NCBI GenBank assembly: GCA_965242865.1
Contig: CBDETK010000013.1
Span: forward strand, 2,112,001 to 2,176,000
Source of the DNA: Candidatus Latescibacterota bacterium
GTDB lineage: Bacteria > Latescibacterota > UBA2968 > UBA8231
DNA: 64,000 nucleotides
Direction of reading: 5' to 3'
Below are positions 50,532-59,992 of this stretch, piece after piece. A model generated the notes under the pieces. It searched no databases, was not told the origin of the DNA, and saw only the letters and a list, made by a program, of their open reading frames with translations. Both the position numbers and the translations under genes were made by a program. Position 1 is the first letter of the stretch; each line of letters starts with the position of its first letter.

Positions 50532-52160
50532 CTACATAGTAAGTGTCTTTAGCTCTTGGTAACGCGCCCGATGGCGCAGTTTGCCGAGTGCCCGATTTTT
50601 GAGTTGGCGGATACGCTCGCGTGTTAGATTCATCATGTTGCCAATTTCCTCGAGCGTCAGGGCCTCGTTGCCGTCAAGGCCGAAATAGAGCCGAATAATG
50701 TGCGATTCGCGCTCATCAAGAGTTTTCAAAGCCGTCTCAAGCTGATCCCGTGCCGATTCGCGCAAGATGTTGGCATCAGGAGGATCCGTCGCCTCATCAG
50801 CCAAGGTGTCGAGCAGGCTGCATTCGTCGTTGGTGAAGGACTCGTCAAGCGAACACACGGTACGGGCACTGTGGATAGTCTCTAGAACCTCTTTAACCGG
50901 AACTTCAAGTTCGGCGGCGATTCTCTCTAATCTCTCTTCGGCCAGATTTTCAAACTCTGTGGCGATTTCCTCTATATTATCTGGTTCACTTGCCCGGTCC
51001 TGATCCAGTTTGCGCGAGGCTTTAGCAATATCTCTGAGCAAGCTGACTTTGTTGAGGGGTAAGCGCACGAGGCGCACATGCTCGGCGAGGGTTTGGAGAA
51101 TGGACTGGCGAATCCACCAAACCGCATAGGTAATCAATTTGTGCCCCCTCGCCCCATCGAAGCGGCTAGCCGCGGTAATCAGCCCGAGATTGCCGGCACT
51201 AATCAAGTCAGAGAGGGATAGCCCGAGATTTTGGTATTTCTTGGCCTCGTTAATGACAAAGCGCAAATTCGCCTCGATCATTTCGTCACGTGCATACATG
51301 TCGCCATTTTTGATGCGGTCGGCCAGGTCTGCTTCGCGCTCCCTCGAAAGGGGTGTGGACTCGGCGATATCGTAGAAGTAAAGTCGTAAAGTTTTCTCCT
51401 CCCCTTCTGGGAATTTCTCCTCAAATACCGCCTGTTCAAACCAGTCGAACGTATATCGATAGAACTGCCGGTTGCGCTCTGTGGTATTCAGCTTGGCAAG
51501 CCAAGCGGCCAGCAAACTTTCGCAGTTGTACGGCTTGGCATTGGCATCCATCCACTTGGCGCACTCGGATAGCGACAGATCAGACAGAACGTTAATATGG
51601 GCACGGCGCGGATTCTCCAGAGGAATATTCTTGCTCAACGACGTGACGTGTTCCAGCATGTCACGACTACCGTCGAGTTTGTGAGGACGGCGACCAATAA
51701 CAGCGACGGTCAAGCGTACTCCAGCGCGAAAAAAGACCACAGTTGGCACGATTAGCCGTTTGTCTATCTCCCGCGTAAATTCATCATATACTCCCTGGTC
51801 GTAGTTGTCCTCCTTCAGTTCCACCGCAAAGAAGATAACGCTCTGCTGTCGTCCTTCCTCAAATGAAGCAACCTCAAGCCCAAACGTCTGCTGATTGGTT
51901 GAGACGATTTCATCAATTGTTAGCTGAAAGACGATCCGCACGGATTGGACGTGCTCTCGGAATACCTGTTCAGTCTTGGTATTTGGTTTTTGGGCGGGAA
52001 ACCCGTGGATAAAGTCATCTACGCCACCCGAAAGCTCCAAGGTGCGGTTACTCCGATAGCCGAGGACTTCCAGTAGATCTTTAGTCGCCGCCAGAAAATC
52101 GCTGACAGGTATAGCCGCTAAAGCGGCTTGAATGTCCTCTCTAAGGTCGGCCCTGTTCAT
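50532..52160 (-). CDS. Fusion: type IIG RM N-terminal domain (~250 aa) plus RpoD/RpoS-type sigma-70 factor
   Basis: Sigma regions TLRLYF, ANLRFVI..AKKY, AGNLGLI, TYAVWWIRQ, LTLEEIG..LTRERIRQL. N-terminus aligns with the adjacent IIG pseudogene N-terminus. ATGA overlap with the helicase stop. Confidence 0.8.
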   Translation of the reverse strand: MNRADLREDIQAALAAIPVSDFLAATKDLLEVLGYRSNRTLELSGGVDDFIHGFPAQKPNTKTEQVFREHVQSVRIVFQLTIDEIVSTNQQTFGLEVASFEEGRQQSVIFFAVELKEDNYDQGVYDEFTREIDKRLIVPTVVFFRAGVRLTVAVIGRRPHKLDGSRDMLEHVTSLSKNIPLENPRRAHINVLSDLSLSECAKWMDANAKPYNCESLLAAWLAKLNTTERNRQFYRYTFDWFEQAVFEEKFPEGEEKTLRLYFYDIAESTPLSREREADLADRIKNGDMYARDEMIEANLRFVINEAKKYQNLGLSLSDLISAGNLGLITAASRFDGARGHKLITYAVWWIRQSILQTLAEHVRLVRLPLNKVSLLRDIAKASRKLDQDRASEPDNIEEIATEFENLAEERLERIAAELEVPVKEVLETIHSARTVCSLDESFTNDECSLLDTLADEATDPPDANILRESARDQLETALKTLDERESHIIRLYFGLDGNEALTLEEIGNMMNLTRERIRQLKNRALGKLRHRARYQELKTLTM

Positions 52161-55100
52161 GTCTTTGCGATAATCAGCCAAGTTATTAGCTCAAAATCAA
52201 CATGGCTCGGTTTTACAGATTTAGTCGGCAACCTGAAGTCTCTCGGGCCGCCAAGGCCCAGTTGCCGTATCTGCGTAGCTTTGTTCGCCCCGCCGATATG
52301 GGCCATCACGGCGTTCAGTAGTTGGTCGTAACGGGCCATGTCTTGGCCGTTTTGGGTTTCGCGGTCAAACTGGTCACACAGATTTCTCAGGGGCTCGGTC
52401 TTGCCGAGAGCCGCCGCTTCAAACAACTCTAGCACTTGTCGGGCATTGGCACAACCGTAGCGAATGTCGCCGTTGTCGCGGATGTACACCGCATAGTACG
52501 GATGAATCGGGCTGGCCCGTTTTTCTCTTTTGTCCGTGCCGGCCCTGCGCTGGCGCAGGAAAAATATCGCGCCCGGCCGACCGGTGTCGCCCGCCTCGTC
52601 GGTTACGGCATAGGCCCCGTAGGGCATTGCTTCCAGTTCCGCCTTATTTTTTTCCAAGTACCGAAACAATTGGACAAAAAAGTAATCGAGCGTAAAGTCG
52701 CTCATGACGACGCCATCGGACAACTCGTCCAAGTCCAGCACCTCTTCGCGTATTTTCTTTAGTTGCTCGTCGCGGAAGTTCAGCTCCATCTGGATCGGCT
52801 CAGACGAATCGTCGTTCAACGGGTCGTCGTCGCCGCTGGCCGTGGCGTCTGCCAAGGCCATGCGCGCTTGTACGCGGCTTTGTAGACGCAAATAGACCTC
52901 CATGTCCTCGGTGGGCCAAAAGTTAATCATCCGCACCGACGGGTTGCGGCTGCCGATGCGGTCAATGCGCCCGAAGTGCTGGATGATACGCACCGGATTC
53001 CAGTGGATGTCGTAGTTGAGTACGGTATCGCAATCCTGAAGGTTCTGCCCCTCTGAGATGCAATCGGTGGCAATCAGCAGGTCGATTTCGTCCGAGCTGG
53101 GGGGCCGCCCGTGTGCCCGCGGCGCGAAATGGGTCAGGATGACGTTGAAGTGGTTGGCGCCGGACGTGGTGCGCGTTGCGTTGCCAGAGACCATTGCCAT
53201 GTTCAACCCTAGTTCGTTTGCCAAGTCCGCTAGGTTTTCGTAGAGGTACTCGGCCGTGTCCTTGAAGGTGGTGAACACCAGCACCTTGCGGTTAGTCCGG
53301 CCGTCCTTGTCGGTCGTCGGGTGTTGTGCTTTGTCTCGAATGTGCTCTTTGATCGCTTGCAGCTTGCCGTCCCGCTCCGGCTCGATAATGCCGACCTGTT
53401 TATAGACCGCTTCCAAGGTCTTCTCGTCCTTCAGCAAGTCCTTTTTCCAGCGAGACAAGTCCAACTCGCGCAGATGGTAGGGAGTGCGCGCCCGATTGAT
53501 TAGAAATTCCTCGTCGTCGTCATCATCATCTGGGAGGATGTCCGCTTGTGCATCCGACAGCAGGTTTTGCTCGTAGCGATCTATCTTTGCCAGCAGGTCT
53601 CTAATTTTGCCGATAGTGCGCCCGAGCGTTTCCGTTAGAGAATGGGCCGAACTCTCGAGGCGTTTGAGAAAGTTGACCCGTATCATGCCGATGAGGAAGT
53701 GCTCGCGATCGGCCTGATTAAATCGCAGTTGCTTCTTTTCGTCTGCCAACCGTTTCTTAGCCTCCGCGCTAGTAACGTAGCTCGATGGCCGGTAGATGGA
53801 TAGGGCGAACTGCTCGATTTGTTCGGATAACTTTTTGTATGAAAGTTCGTCCTCTAAATCCGTCAACGGATAGCGATTTTTCGGCTGTTGCCGGGTGGGG
53901 AATTGGCCGATTCGGTCCATTTCCTCGGCGTAGAATCGCTTGATCTGCCGCCGCGAGCGAGCAATGGAAACGCCGCTCAGCAGCAGAAAAAAATCAGCAC
54001 CCAACGTCTCTAGTAACGTTGCCTTGTCTTTCTTGCCGCTCTTTTCAGCTTTGGTCTCCCATGCCTTAAACTCCTTTTGTGCCTGTCTCAGCAGCGTACC
54101 GATATGGCCAATTCCCAAACTTTCCCGGAACATGTCCTCGCGCTTTTCGGTCATCAGGTAAATCTGGTTACGGAGGTCAATAAGCGAGGTGTTGACCGGC
54201 GTGGCCGAAAGCATCAGCACCTTGGTTTGGGTCCCGGCTTTGATGACTTCTTCCAACAACCGCGAGTAGCGGCTGTGGCGAATCTCACCGCCTTTGTCGG
54301 CACGGGGCTTGGAGTCATTGCGGAAATTGTGCGATTCGTCGATGACCACCAGGTCAAAATTACGCCAGTTGAAATGGGCGAGATCAACGGTGCCGGCCTG
54401 CCCACTGCGGCGGGACAAGTCCGTGTGCGATAGCAAGGTGTAGCCAAAGCGGTCTTCGAGGAAGGGATTGCCCGTTTGGGCGATATAGGCTGGATACAAC
54501 GCCCAGTTTTCGCGCAACTTTTTGGGGCACAACACCAGGACCCGCTCGTTGCGCAATTCAAAGAACTTGATCACCGCTAACGCGGTATAGGTCTTTCCCA
54601 AGCCGACAGCGTCGGCCAAAATACAGCCGTTGTGCCGCAACAGGCGGGCGATCGCGCTCTTAGCTCCGTCTTTTTGGAAGTTGTACAGCGCGTTCCAGAT
54701 TGCGGTGTCGTATAGGTGCGTATCTTTTAGGTGGCTTTCGCCGGCTTTTCTCGCTTCGATGTCCTCCCGGAACAACTCGTAGAGCGTTTTGTAGTAAATC
54801 AACTCAGGCGCGTAGTCTCGGCCTATCCGCGCCAGCGCGGCTAGCACCTCTTTTTTAACATCCTTGGTCAACGCTTCGTCCGCCCATAGGTCGTCAAACC
54901 ATTGTTGCAGCTCGGCGCAAATCGCTGCGTTATGGGTTGCCAAGTTGATTTCCACATTGGCACTCGTTCCGCAGCCCAAGCCGCTACGGGTGAAGTTGGA
55001 GCTGCCAACCACTGCTGTGCCGACGTCGGCTGCTTGGGTGAGATACATTTTGCCGTGCAGAAAGTTGGATTGGCCGATGGAGCGAATTTTAACGCCTTTG

Positions 55101-55414
55101 CCGCGCACCCATGCCGCGCATTGCCGAGCGAGGTATTTCTGTTGCAAGGTGTATTGCGGGGATAGCCCCTCTTCGGTCAAGTCGAAGGCTTTTTGCGCTT
55201 TCGCGCCGGGGTCCAATTCGCCAACCGATGCCGGGTCGCCAAAAAGAAAGCGCACGTCCTCAACACCGCGCAATTCACCTTGCAGGGCCTCGTACCCATA
55301 AATGGTGAAATACGCCGAAACGAGGCGAAATACCTCGGCGGCGGACAGGTGCGGGCGCAGATAATCGACGACCTTGCGGGCGCGGTTATCTAAAATATGC
55401 TCGTATTGGGTCAT
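52157..55414 (-). CDS. SF2 (SNF2-like) helicase with N-terminal phospholipase-D nuclease domain
   Basis: LHGKMY..GSSNFT, DAVGLGKT, IDESHNFRN, LSATP, SEGQNLQ, GRIDRIGS. Confidence 0.85.
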   Translation of the reverse strand: MTQYEHILDNRARKVVDYLRPHLSAAEVFRLVSAYFTIYGYEALQGELRGVEDVRFLFGDPASVGELDPGAKAQKAFDLTEEGLSPQYTLQQKYLARQCAAWVRGKGVKIRSIGQSNFLHGKMYLTQAADVGTAVVGSSNFTRSGLGCGTSANVEINLATHNAAICAELQQWFDDLWADEALTKDVKKEVLAALARIGRDYAPELIYYKTLYELFREDIEARKAGESHLKDTHLYDTAIWNALYNFQKDGAKSAIARLLRHNGCILADAVGLGKTYTALAVIKFFELRNERVLVLCPKKLRENWALYPAYIAQTGNPFLEDRFGYTLLSHTDLSRRSGQAGTVDLAHFNWRNFDLVVIDESHNFRNDSKPRADKGGEIRHSRYSRLLEEVIKAGTQTKVLMLSATPVNTSLIDLRNQIYLMTEKREDMFRESLGIGHIGTLLRQAQKEFKAWETKAEKSGKKDKATLLETLGADFFLLLSGVSIARSRRQIKRFYAEEMDRIGQFPTRQQPKNRYPLTDLEDELSYKKLSEQIEQFALSIYRPSSYVTSAEAKKRLADEKKQLRFNQADREHFLIGMIRVNFLKRLESSAHSLTETLGRTIGKIRDLLAKIDRYEQNLLSDAQADILPDDDDDDEEFLINRARTPYHLRELDLSRWKKDLLKDEKTLEAVYKQVGIIEPERDGKLQAIKEHIRDKAQHPTTDKDGRTNRKVLVFTTFKDTAEYLYENLADLANELGLNMAMVSGNATRTTSGANHFNVILTHFAPRAHGRPPSSDEIDLLIATDCISEGQNLQDCDTVLNYDIHWNPVRIIQHFGRIDRIGSRNPSVRMINFWPTEDMEVYLRLQSRVQARMALADATASGDDDPLNDDSSEPIQMELNFRDEQLKKIREEVLDLDELSDGVVMSDFTLDYFFVQLFRYLEKNKAELEAMPYGAYAVTDEAGDTGRPGAIFFLRQRRAGTDKREKRASPIHPYYAVYIRDNGDIRYGCANARQVLELFEAAALGKTEPLRNLCDQFDRETQNGQDMARYDQLLNAVMAHIGGANKATQIRQLGLGGPRDFRLPTKSVKPSHVDFELITWLIIAKT

Positions 55415-55445
55415 TTTTAATCGCTTCCATTAAGACCTTCATCGG

Positions 55446-57116
55446 CTAGGGGTCGCCGAGCATTTCCAGTAGGTCGCCGCGCCTGAAGGTCGCCGACAAC
55501 TGCTGGAGCGAAACATCTCGGTCGCCGTAGCAAGCCGTTAGCGCGTTTTTCAGTGCTTGGGTGGCATTCGCATGGTATTGGGCTTGATTGTCCTCAAGCA
55601 CCGTTAAGAGTTCCTGAATGTTTTGATGGGAAACCTGATCGAGGAGGATACCCTTATCCTTTAGGAGCTTGCGCCCAATCAACATGGCGATGCAGTGGGA
55701 CGAATAGGGTAGAAAGTCCGGCGGCGTTGCCGTTGTCGGGCGTTTCCTTTCGTTCTCGACCGCCCTGAAAATCAAGACCGCAAGCAATGCCTGAGCCGCG
55801 TTGAGTTGTGCAAAGATATCCTCGTACAGTTTGCCAAAATGCTCTTTGCGGCGAAATTTGGCTTGGTGCGGTCTTTCGCGCCAGATCGCCAGCACGGCTT
55901 CTGCCACAATCCAGCTAGTGATAACCGACGCTCCACCTCCCCTTTCCTCCCGCTGGCGTTTGTACGTATAGCCCAGCCCAGCCAAGCCCAACTCCAACTG
56001 CTTCTGCATCTCATCGGTGGATCGCAAGTCCCTGAGATCCACGGGGTTTTGACTGTTGGTGGCATAGGTGATGTCTTGGACGAGCTCTTTATGTGTATCG
56101 GCCAACTGGTAAATGCGAATCAACAGATACGCTGATTTGCCGCACAGATTGGGCAAACTTCCGTTTAGTGCTTCTTGAATCGTCTTGCAGGTCTGCCCCC
56201 CGTTAATCACCTGTATATTCTTGAGTTGTACTTGATAGTCTGATTGCTGAAAAGCGTTGTAATCAAACCGGTCGCAGACTGCGGTAATGCCGTTGTTGTA
56301 GAAGTAGAATTTGTCCGATTTGTTTGGATCGCAAAGCGTCTCGTGAATTGCGGTGTTGACGCGGTTGGCGTGAAGCCCAAGGTAACGGCGGATGTTGCGC
56401 TCTAGCAGGCTGTCGCCGTGATCGTTAAACAGTCGTTGGATCTCTTGCACGGAAACGCGCCCGACCAAAACGCGCATGTAGTTCATATCTTCTACAATGG
56501 CTTTCCCACTAAGCGTCAGGGTGGTATCCACCTGTTTGCTGCGCTGTAAGATACTGACGACGGCATCGTGGTTGAAGTGGAGGAACTTCACTTTGTCGCC
56601 GAACTGCTTTCCTGCGTCAGCTACCCAACTATCCGCTTGCGACGTCCACTGGTCTCCGTTATTGCAAAGGATTACCCGAACATTGGGAATATACGCATCT
56701 CGGATCAGCGAGCGAATTTCCTCAATTTTAGGGGCTATTTTTTCATTCAGCTCGACATTCCGATTGGGATCAAACAGTATCCGCACGGTATCTACCGCTT
56801 TTTGTACCCCATTTTCCGGGAAGTTTGCTGTGCCGCTTAGGTCCTTGACTTTGTACTTGCCTTGGAAAATTGTGACGAGAAAATCGCCGTCTTCAATCTC
56901 GCCAATGTGAAGCCCATCAACGCCGGCATCGTTGCCGCCTTCAGTAAGTAACTCGGCGCTGTCTTCAAGCGTCATTTCAAGGCACGTTGACATGCACAGG
57001 AGCACAAATGCCGCCGACTTCTTTTGGTTGATGTCGTTCCCTTGCGGCAGCCATTCGGGGTGCTCTTCAACAATACCCGAAACCCTCTGATCGATAATAC
57101 TGGCATTGATGTTCAT
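55446..57116 (-). CDS. AIPR-family protein (abortive infection, RM-associated)
   Basis: NDAGVDG..FQGKY, NIRRYLG, FYFYNNGIT, QVINGGQT, TNSQN; GAGGAG RBS. Confidence 0.85.
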   Translation of the reverse strand: MNINASIIDQRVSGIVEEHPEWLPQGNDINQKKSAAFVLLCMSTCLEMTLEDSAELLTEGGNDAGVDGLHIGEIEDGDFLVTIFQGKYKVKDLSGTANFPENGVQKAVDTVRILFDPNRNVELNEKIAPKIEEIRSLIRDAYIPNVRVILCNNGDQWTSQADSWVADAGKQFGDKVKFLHFNHDAVVSILQRSKQVDTTLTLSGKAIVEDMNYMRVLVGRVSVQEIQRLFNDHGDSLLERNIRRYLGLHANRVNTAIHETLCDPNKSDKFYFYNNGITAVCDRFDYNAFQQSDYQVQLKNIQVINGGQTCKTIQEALNGSLPNLCGKSAYLLIRIYQLADTHKELVQDITYATNSQNPVDLRDLRSTDEMQKQLELGLAGLGYTYKRQREERGGGASVITSWIVAEAVLAIWRERPHQAKFRRKEHFGKLYEDIFAQLNAAQALLAVLIFRAVENERKRPTTATPPDFLPYSSHCIAMLIGRKLLKDKGILLDQVSHQNIQELLTVLEDNQAQYHANATQALKNALTACYGDRDVSLQQLSATFRRGDLLEMLGDP

Positions 57117-57165
57117 GGATTTCTCCTCATCGGACAGTTTGGCTAGTGCCGAGACCTCTCGCCCG

Positions 57166-58053
57166 TCAAAAGCGCAGCAATTCCCCCTCGCCAAAGACGA
57201 GTAGATCGGCCCAGATCGCGGCAAAATAGAGCAGGCTGACCGCGCTGTTGACCGTCATAAAGGCCGTGCTCAAGCGGGACAGATCGTCGGCCCGCACCAG
57301 CCGGTGCTCATGCACCAGCAAGCCGGCGACCACTGCGACCCCCAACCAATACAACAGGCTCAAGCCGGCCGTGTACCCCACGAGCACGAGCAACACTGCG
57401 AACAAGAGGTGCAAGGCGCGGGCAATGTACAGGGCGCGGGCAATGCCAAAGCGGACCGGGATGGAATGGAGGCCGGCCCGGACGTCAAAGGCGCGGTCTT
57501 GGCAAGCGTAGATGATGTCAAAGCCGGCCACCCAAACCAGCACCGCCGCGCAGAGCAGCAGCGGGATCAGGTCAAAACTACCGGCGACCGCAATCCAAGC
57601 ACCCAGCGGCGCCCCGCCCAAACTCAGCCCCAAAACCAAGTGGGAGGCCCAAGTGAAGCGCTTGGTCAGCGAATAGAACAAGAGCACGGCCAAAATTAGC
57701 GGCGACAGGTAAAAGCACAGCGAGTTGAGTTGGTACGCGGCTAAGGCCAAGGCCAAGGCCGATAAAATCACGAACAACCCCACGGCCTGCGGCGAGACCG
57801 CCCCTTGCGGCAGTTCGCGGTTTTGGGTGCGGGGATTGGCCGCGTCGAGCTGGCGGTCGACGAGGCGATTGAAGCCCATGGCCGCGCTGCGGGCCCCCAC
57901 CATCGCCAGCGCGATCCAGCCGAGCTGGGCCGGGGTGATGCCCGTGGGCGGCGCGGCCAGCAAGGCACCGCTAAAGGCAAAGGGCAGCGCAAAGACGCTG
58001 TGGGAGAACTTGATCATGCGGCCGTACACCGCAATCGCCGGCAAGAAAGCCAT
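57166..58053 (-). CDS. UbiA-like polyprenyltransferase (futalosine pathway, MqnP-like)
   Basis: IKFSHSVFALPF, NRLVDRQLDAANPRT, FDIIYACQD. Confidence 0.88.
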   Translation of the reverse strand: MAFLPAIAVYGRMIKFSHSVFALPFAFSGALLAAPPTGITPAQLGWIALAMVGARSAAMGFNRLVDRQLDAANPRTQNRELPQGAVSPQAVGLFVILSALALALAAYQLNSLCFYLSPLILAVLLFYSLTKRFTWASHLVLGLSLGGAPLGAWIAVAGSFDLIPLLLCAAVLVWVAGFDIIYACQDRAFDVRAGLHSIPVRFGIARALYIARALHLLFAVLLVLVGYTAGLSLLYWLGVAVVAGLLVHEHRLVRADDLSRLSTAFMTVNSAVSLLYFAAIWADLLVFGEGELLRF

Positions 58054-58069
58054 CGCGCCTCTCCCTTCG

Positions 58070-58864
58070 TCAGGCCGCAGGATAAAAGCGCAGCCGAGGG
58101 ACCGCGCCGATCAGGCCGTGGCGGTGAGCCAACTGGTAAAACAGCCGCAACCCGGCTTGGGCGGCCTCGTCCAAATCAAAGCGGATGTGGTGGGTCAGAT
58201 AGTGCTCGTAGAACGCGGGCGAGCCGCCGCATTCTCGGCTGTACGCTACGGCGATAGACGGCACTTGGCACAGCCCCTGACCTTTGGCCCCCTGCAACTG
58301 TTGGACTTGGGCGGGGCTGAGTGCCTGCGGCCGGCCAGCCCAAAAGGCAAAGACAAACGGCAGCTCGGTCATGGCCGTCCATTCCTGCCCCAAGTCCAAG
58401 CTCGCCAAGTCCCGGTCCAAGTGCGGGAAGACCCGATCGCCGATGAGCAGGGCCGCGTCCGCACGCGCCAGCATGGCCTCTAGATCGGGCGGCGTTTCGA
58501 TCAGTTGCGGCGTGAGAGCGAATTTTTCGCGCAGTAGAATGGACAACAAAGCGACCGAAGTGCGGGAACAGGTGGCCAAGGCGATGCGCTTGATCTGCGG
58601 CACTGGACGCTGGCAAAAGAGGCGCACCGTCAGCACCGGCCCCTGCGAACCAATGGCTATATCGGGGACGATCCAGTAGGGGCGCACGCTGCGGGCGTAT
58701 TCGATCGCGGGAATGATGCCTACGTCGATGGCGCCAGCCGCCAAGGCACGGGCGCAGTGCGAGGGCACCGAATAACTCAGGGCGAACGGCGCGGGATCGC
58801 GCTCGAGGGCAACGACGAGGGGCCGCGTGTTGAGGTACGGGACCGCGCCCAAGCGCGGCTTCAT
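58070..58864 (-). CDS. mqnA: Chorismate dehydratase
   Basis: GAVPYLNTRPL, SRTSVAL, ALLIGD, DLGQEW..TELPFVFAFW; mqn gene context. Confidence 0.85.
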   Translation of the reverse strand: MKPRLGAVPYLNTRPLVVALERDPAPFALSYSVPSHCARALAAGAIDVGIIPAIEYARSVRPYWIVPDIAIGSQGPVLTVRLFCQRPVPQIKRIALATCSRTSVALLSILLREKFALTPQLIETPPDLEAMLARADAALLIGDRVFPHLDRDLASLDLGQEWTAMTELPFVFAFWAGRPQALSPAQVQQLQGAKGQGLCQVPSIAVAYSRECGGSPAFYEHYLTHHIRFDLDEAAQAGLRLFYQLAHRHGLIGAVPRLRFYPAA

Positions 58865-59988
58865 GGCAGAGCGTGGCTCCGACAGGGCGAAGCCACTGGC
58901 GCGTAGCGCGTGTTGCGTCGGCGCGGTGCAAAGCCCGCGTCGCGGATGAGCCGCTGCATGGCATCCAAGCCCATCTCGTTGGTGTGGCTAGTGCCGGCCG
59001 CACTGACGACGTTTTCTTCGAGCATGGTGCTGCCGAAGTCGTTGACGCCGTAGCGCAAGCTGACTTGGGCGATTTTAGGCCCTTGGGTGACCCACGAGGC
59101 CTGTAGGCTGGGGATGTTGTCGAGGAAAAGCCGCGCTACGGCCACCGTGCGCAGGTGGTCGTACCCGGTCGCTTTGACGCCGTTCCAGCGGGCCGCGTCC
59201 GCCCCCAAATCCGTGTGGTCGGGCTGGAAGTTCCAAGCAATAAAGGCGGTGAAGCCGCCGCGTTCGTCTTGGAGCTGCCGCAGGCGGTCTAGGTGCTCTA
59301 GGCGGTGTTCGACCGTCTCCACATGGCCGTACATCATCGTGGCCGTCGTGGGCATTCCCAGCGCGTGCGCCACGCGATGCACTTCCAGCCACTCCGCGGT
59401 GCGATCCTTGCGAAAGCCGATCGCGTCGCGCACCTCGTCGTTGAGGATCTCAGCCCCGGCGCCGGGGATCGAATCCAGCCCGGCGTCGCGCAGGCGGCGA
59501 ATGGTCGCGTCGAGCGGTAGCCGCGACAGGTGCGCGATGTAAATGATTTCCGTGGCCGAAAGACAGTGTAGCTGCACTTGGGGATAGCGGTCTCGGATCG
59601 CCGAGAGCAACTGTTCGTAGTAATCGAGGCGCAGCTTGGGGTTGAGACCGCCCTGCATGAGGATCTCGCAGGACTTGGGCTCGTCGCCGCCAAAGGCCAC
59701 CAGCTCGTCGATTTTGGCAAATATCTGCTCGTCGGGCAGGACGTAGCCCTCGCTAGACTTAGGCGACCGGTAGAAGGCGCAAAAGTCGCACTTGACCCAG
59801 CAGACATTGGTGTAGTTGATGTTGCGCCCGACGTTGTACGTGACCACCGGCTCGGGGTGTTTTTGCCGACGCACCCAGTGCGCCAGCATCCCCAGCTCGG
59901 CGAGGTTGTGGTGCGCGAACAGGCGGCGGGCATCCGCGAGCGCGAGGCGCTTTCCGGCATAGACCTTTTCGGCAATATCGGCGATCAC
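58861..59988 (-). CDS. mqnC: Cyclic dehypoxanthinyl futalosine synthase (radical SAM)
   Basis: NINYTNVCWVKCDFCAF, LMQGG, QASWVTQG, NDFGSTMLEENVV. Confidence 0.88.
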   Translation of the reverse strand: MIADIAEKVYAGKRLALADARRLFAHHNLAELGMLAHWVRRQKHPEPVVTYNVGRNINYTNVCWVKCDFCAFYRSPKSSEGYVLPDEQIFAKIDELVAFGGDEPKSCEILMQGGLNPKLRLDYYEQLLSAIRDRYPQVQLHCLSATEIIYIAHLSRLPLDATIRRLRDAGLDSIPGAGAEILNDEVRDAIGFRKDRTAEWLEVHRVAHALGMPTTATMMYGHVETVEHRLEHLDRLRQLQDERGGFTAFIAWNFQPDHTDLGADAARWNGVKATGYDHLRTVAVARLFLDNIPSLQASWVTQGPKIAQVSLRYGVNDFGSTMLEENVVSAAGTSHTNEMGLDAMQRLIRDAGFAPRRRNTRYAPVASPCRSHALP

Positions 59989-59992
59989 GAGG

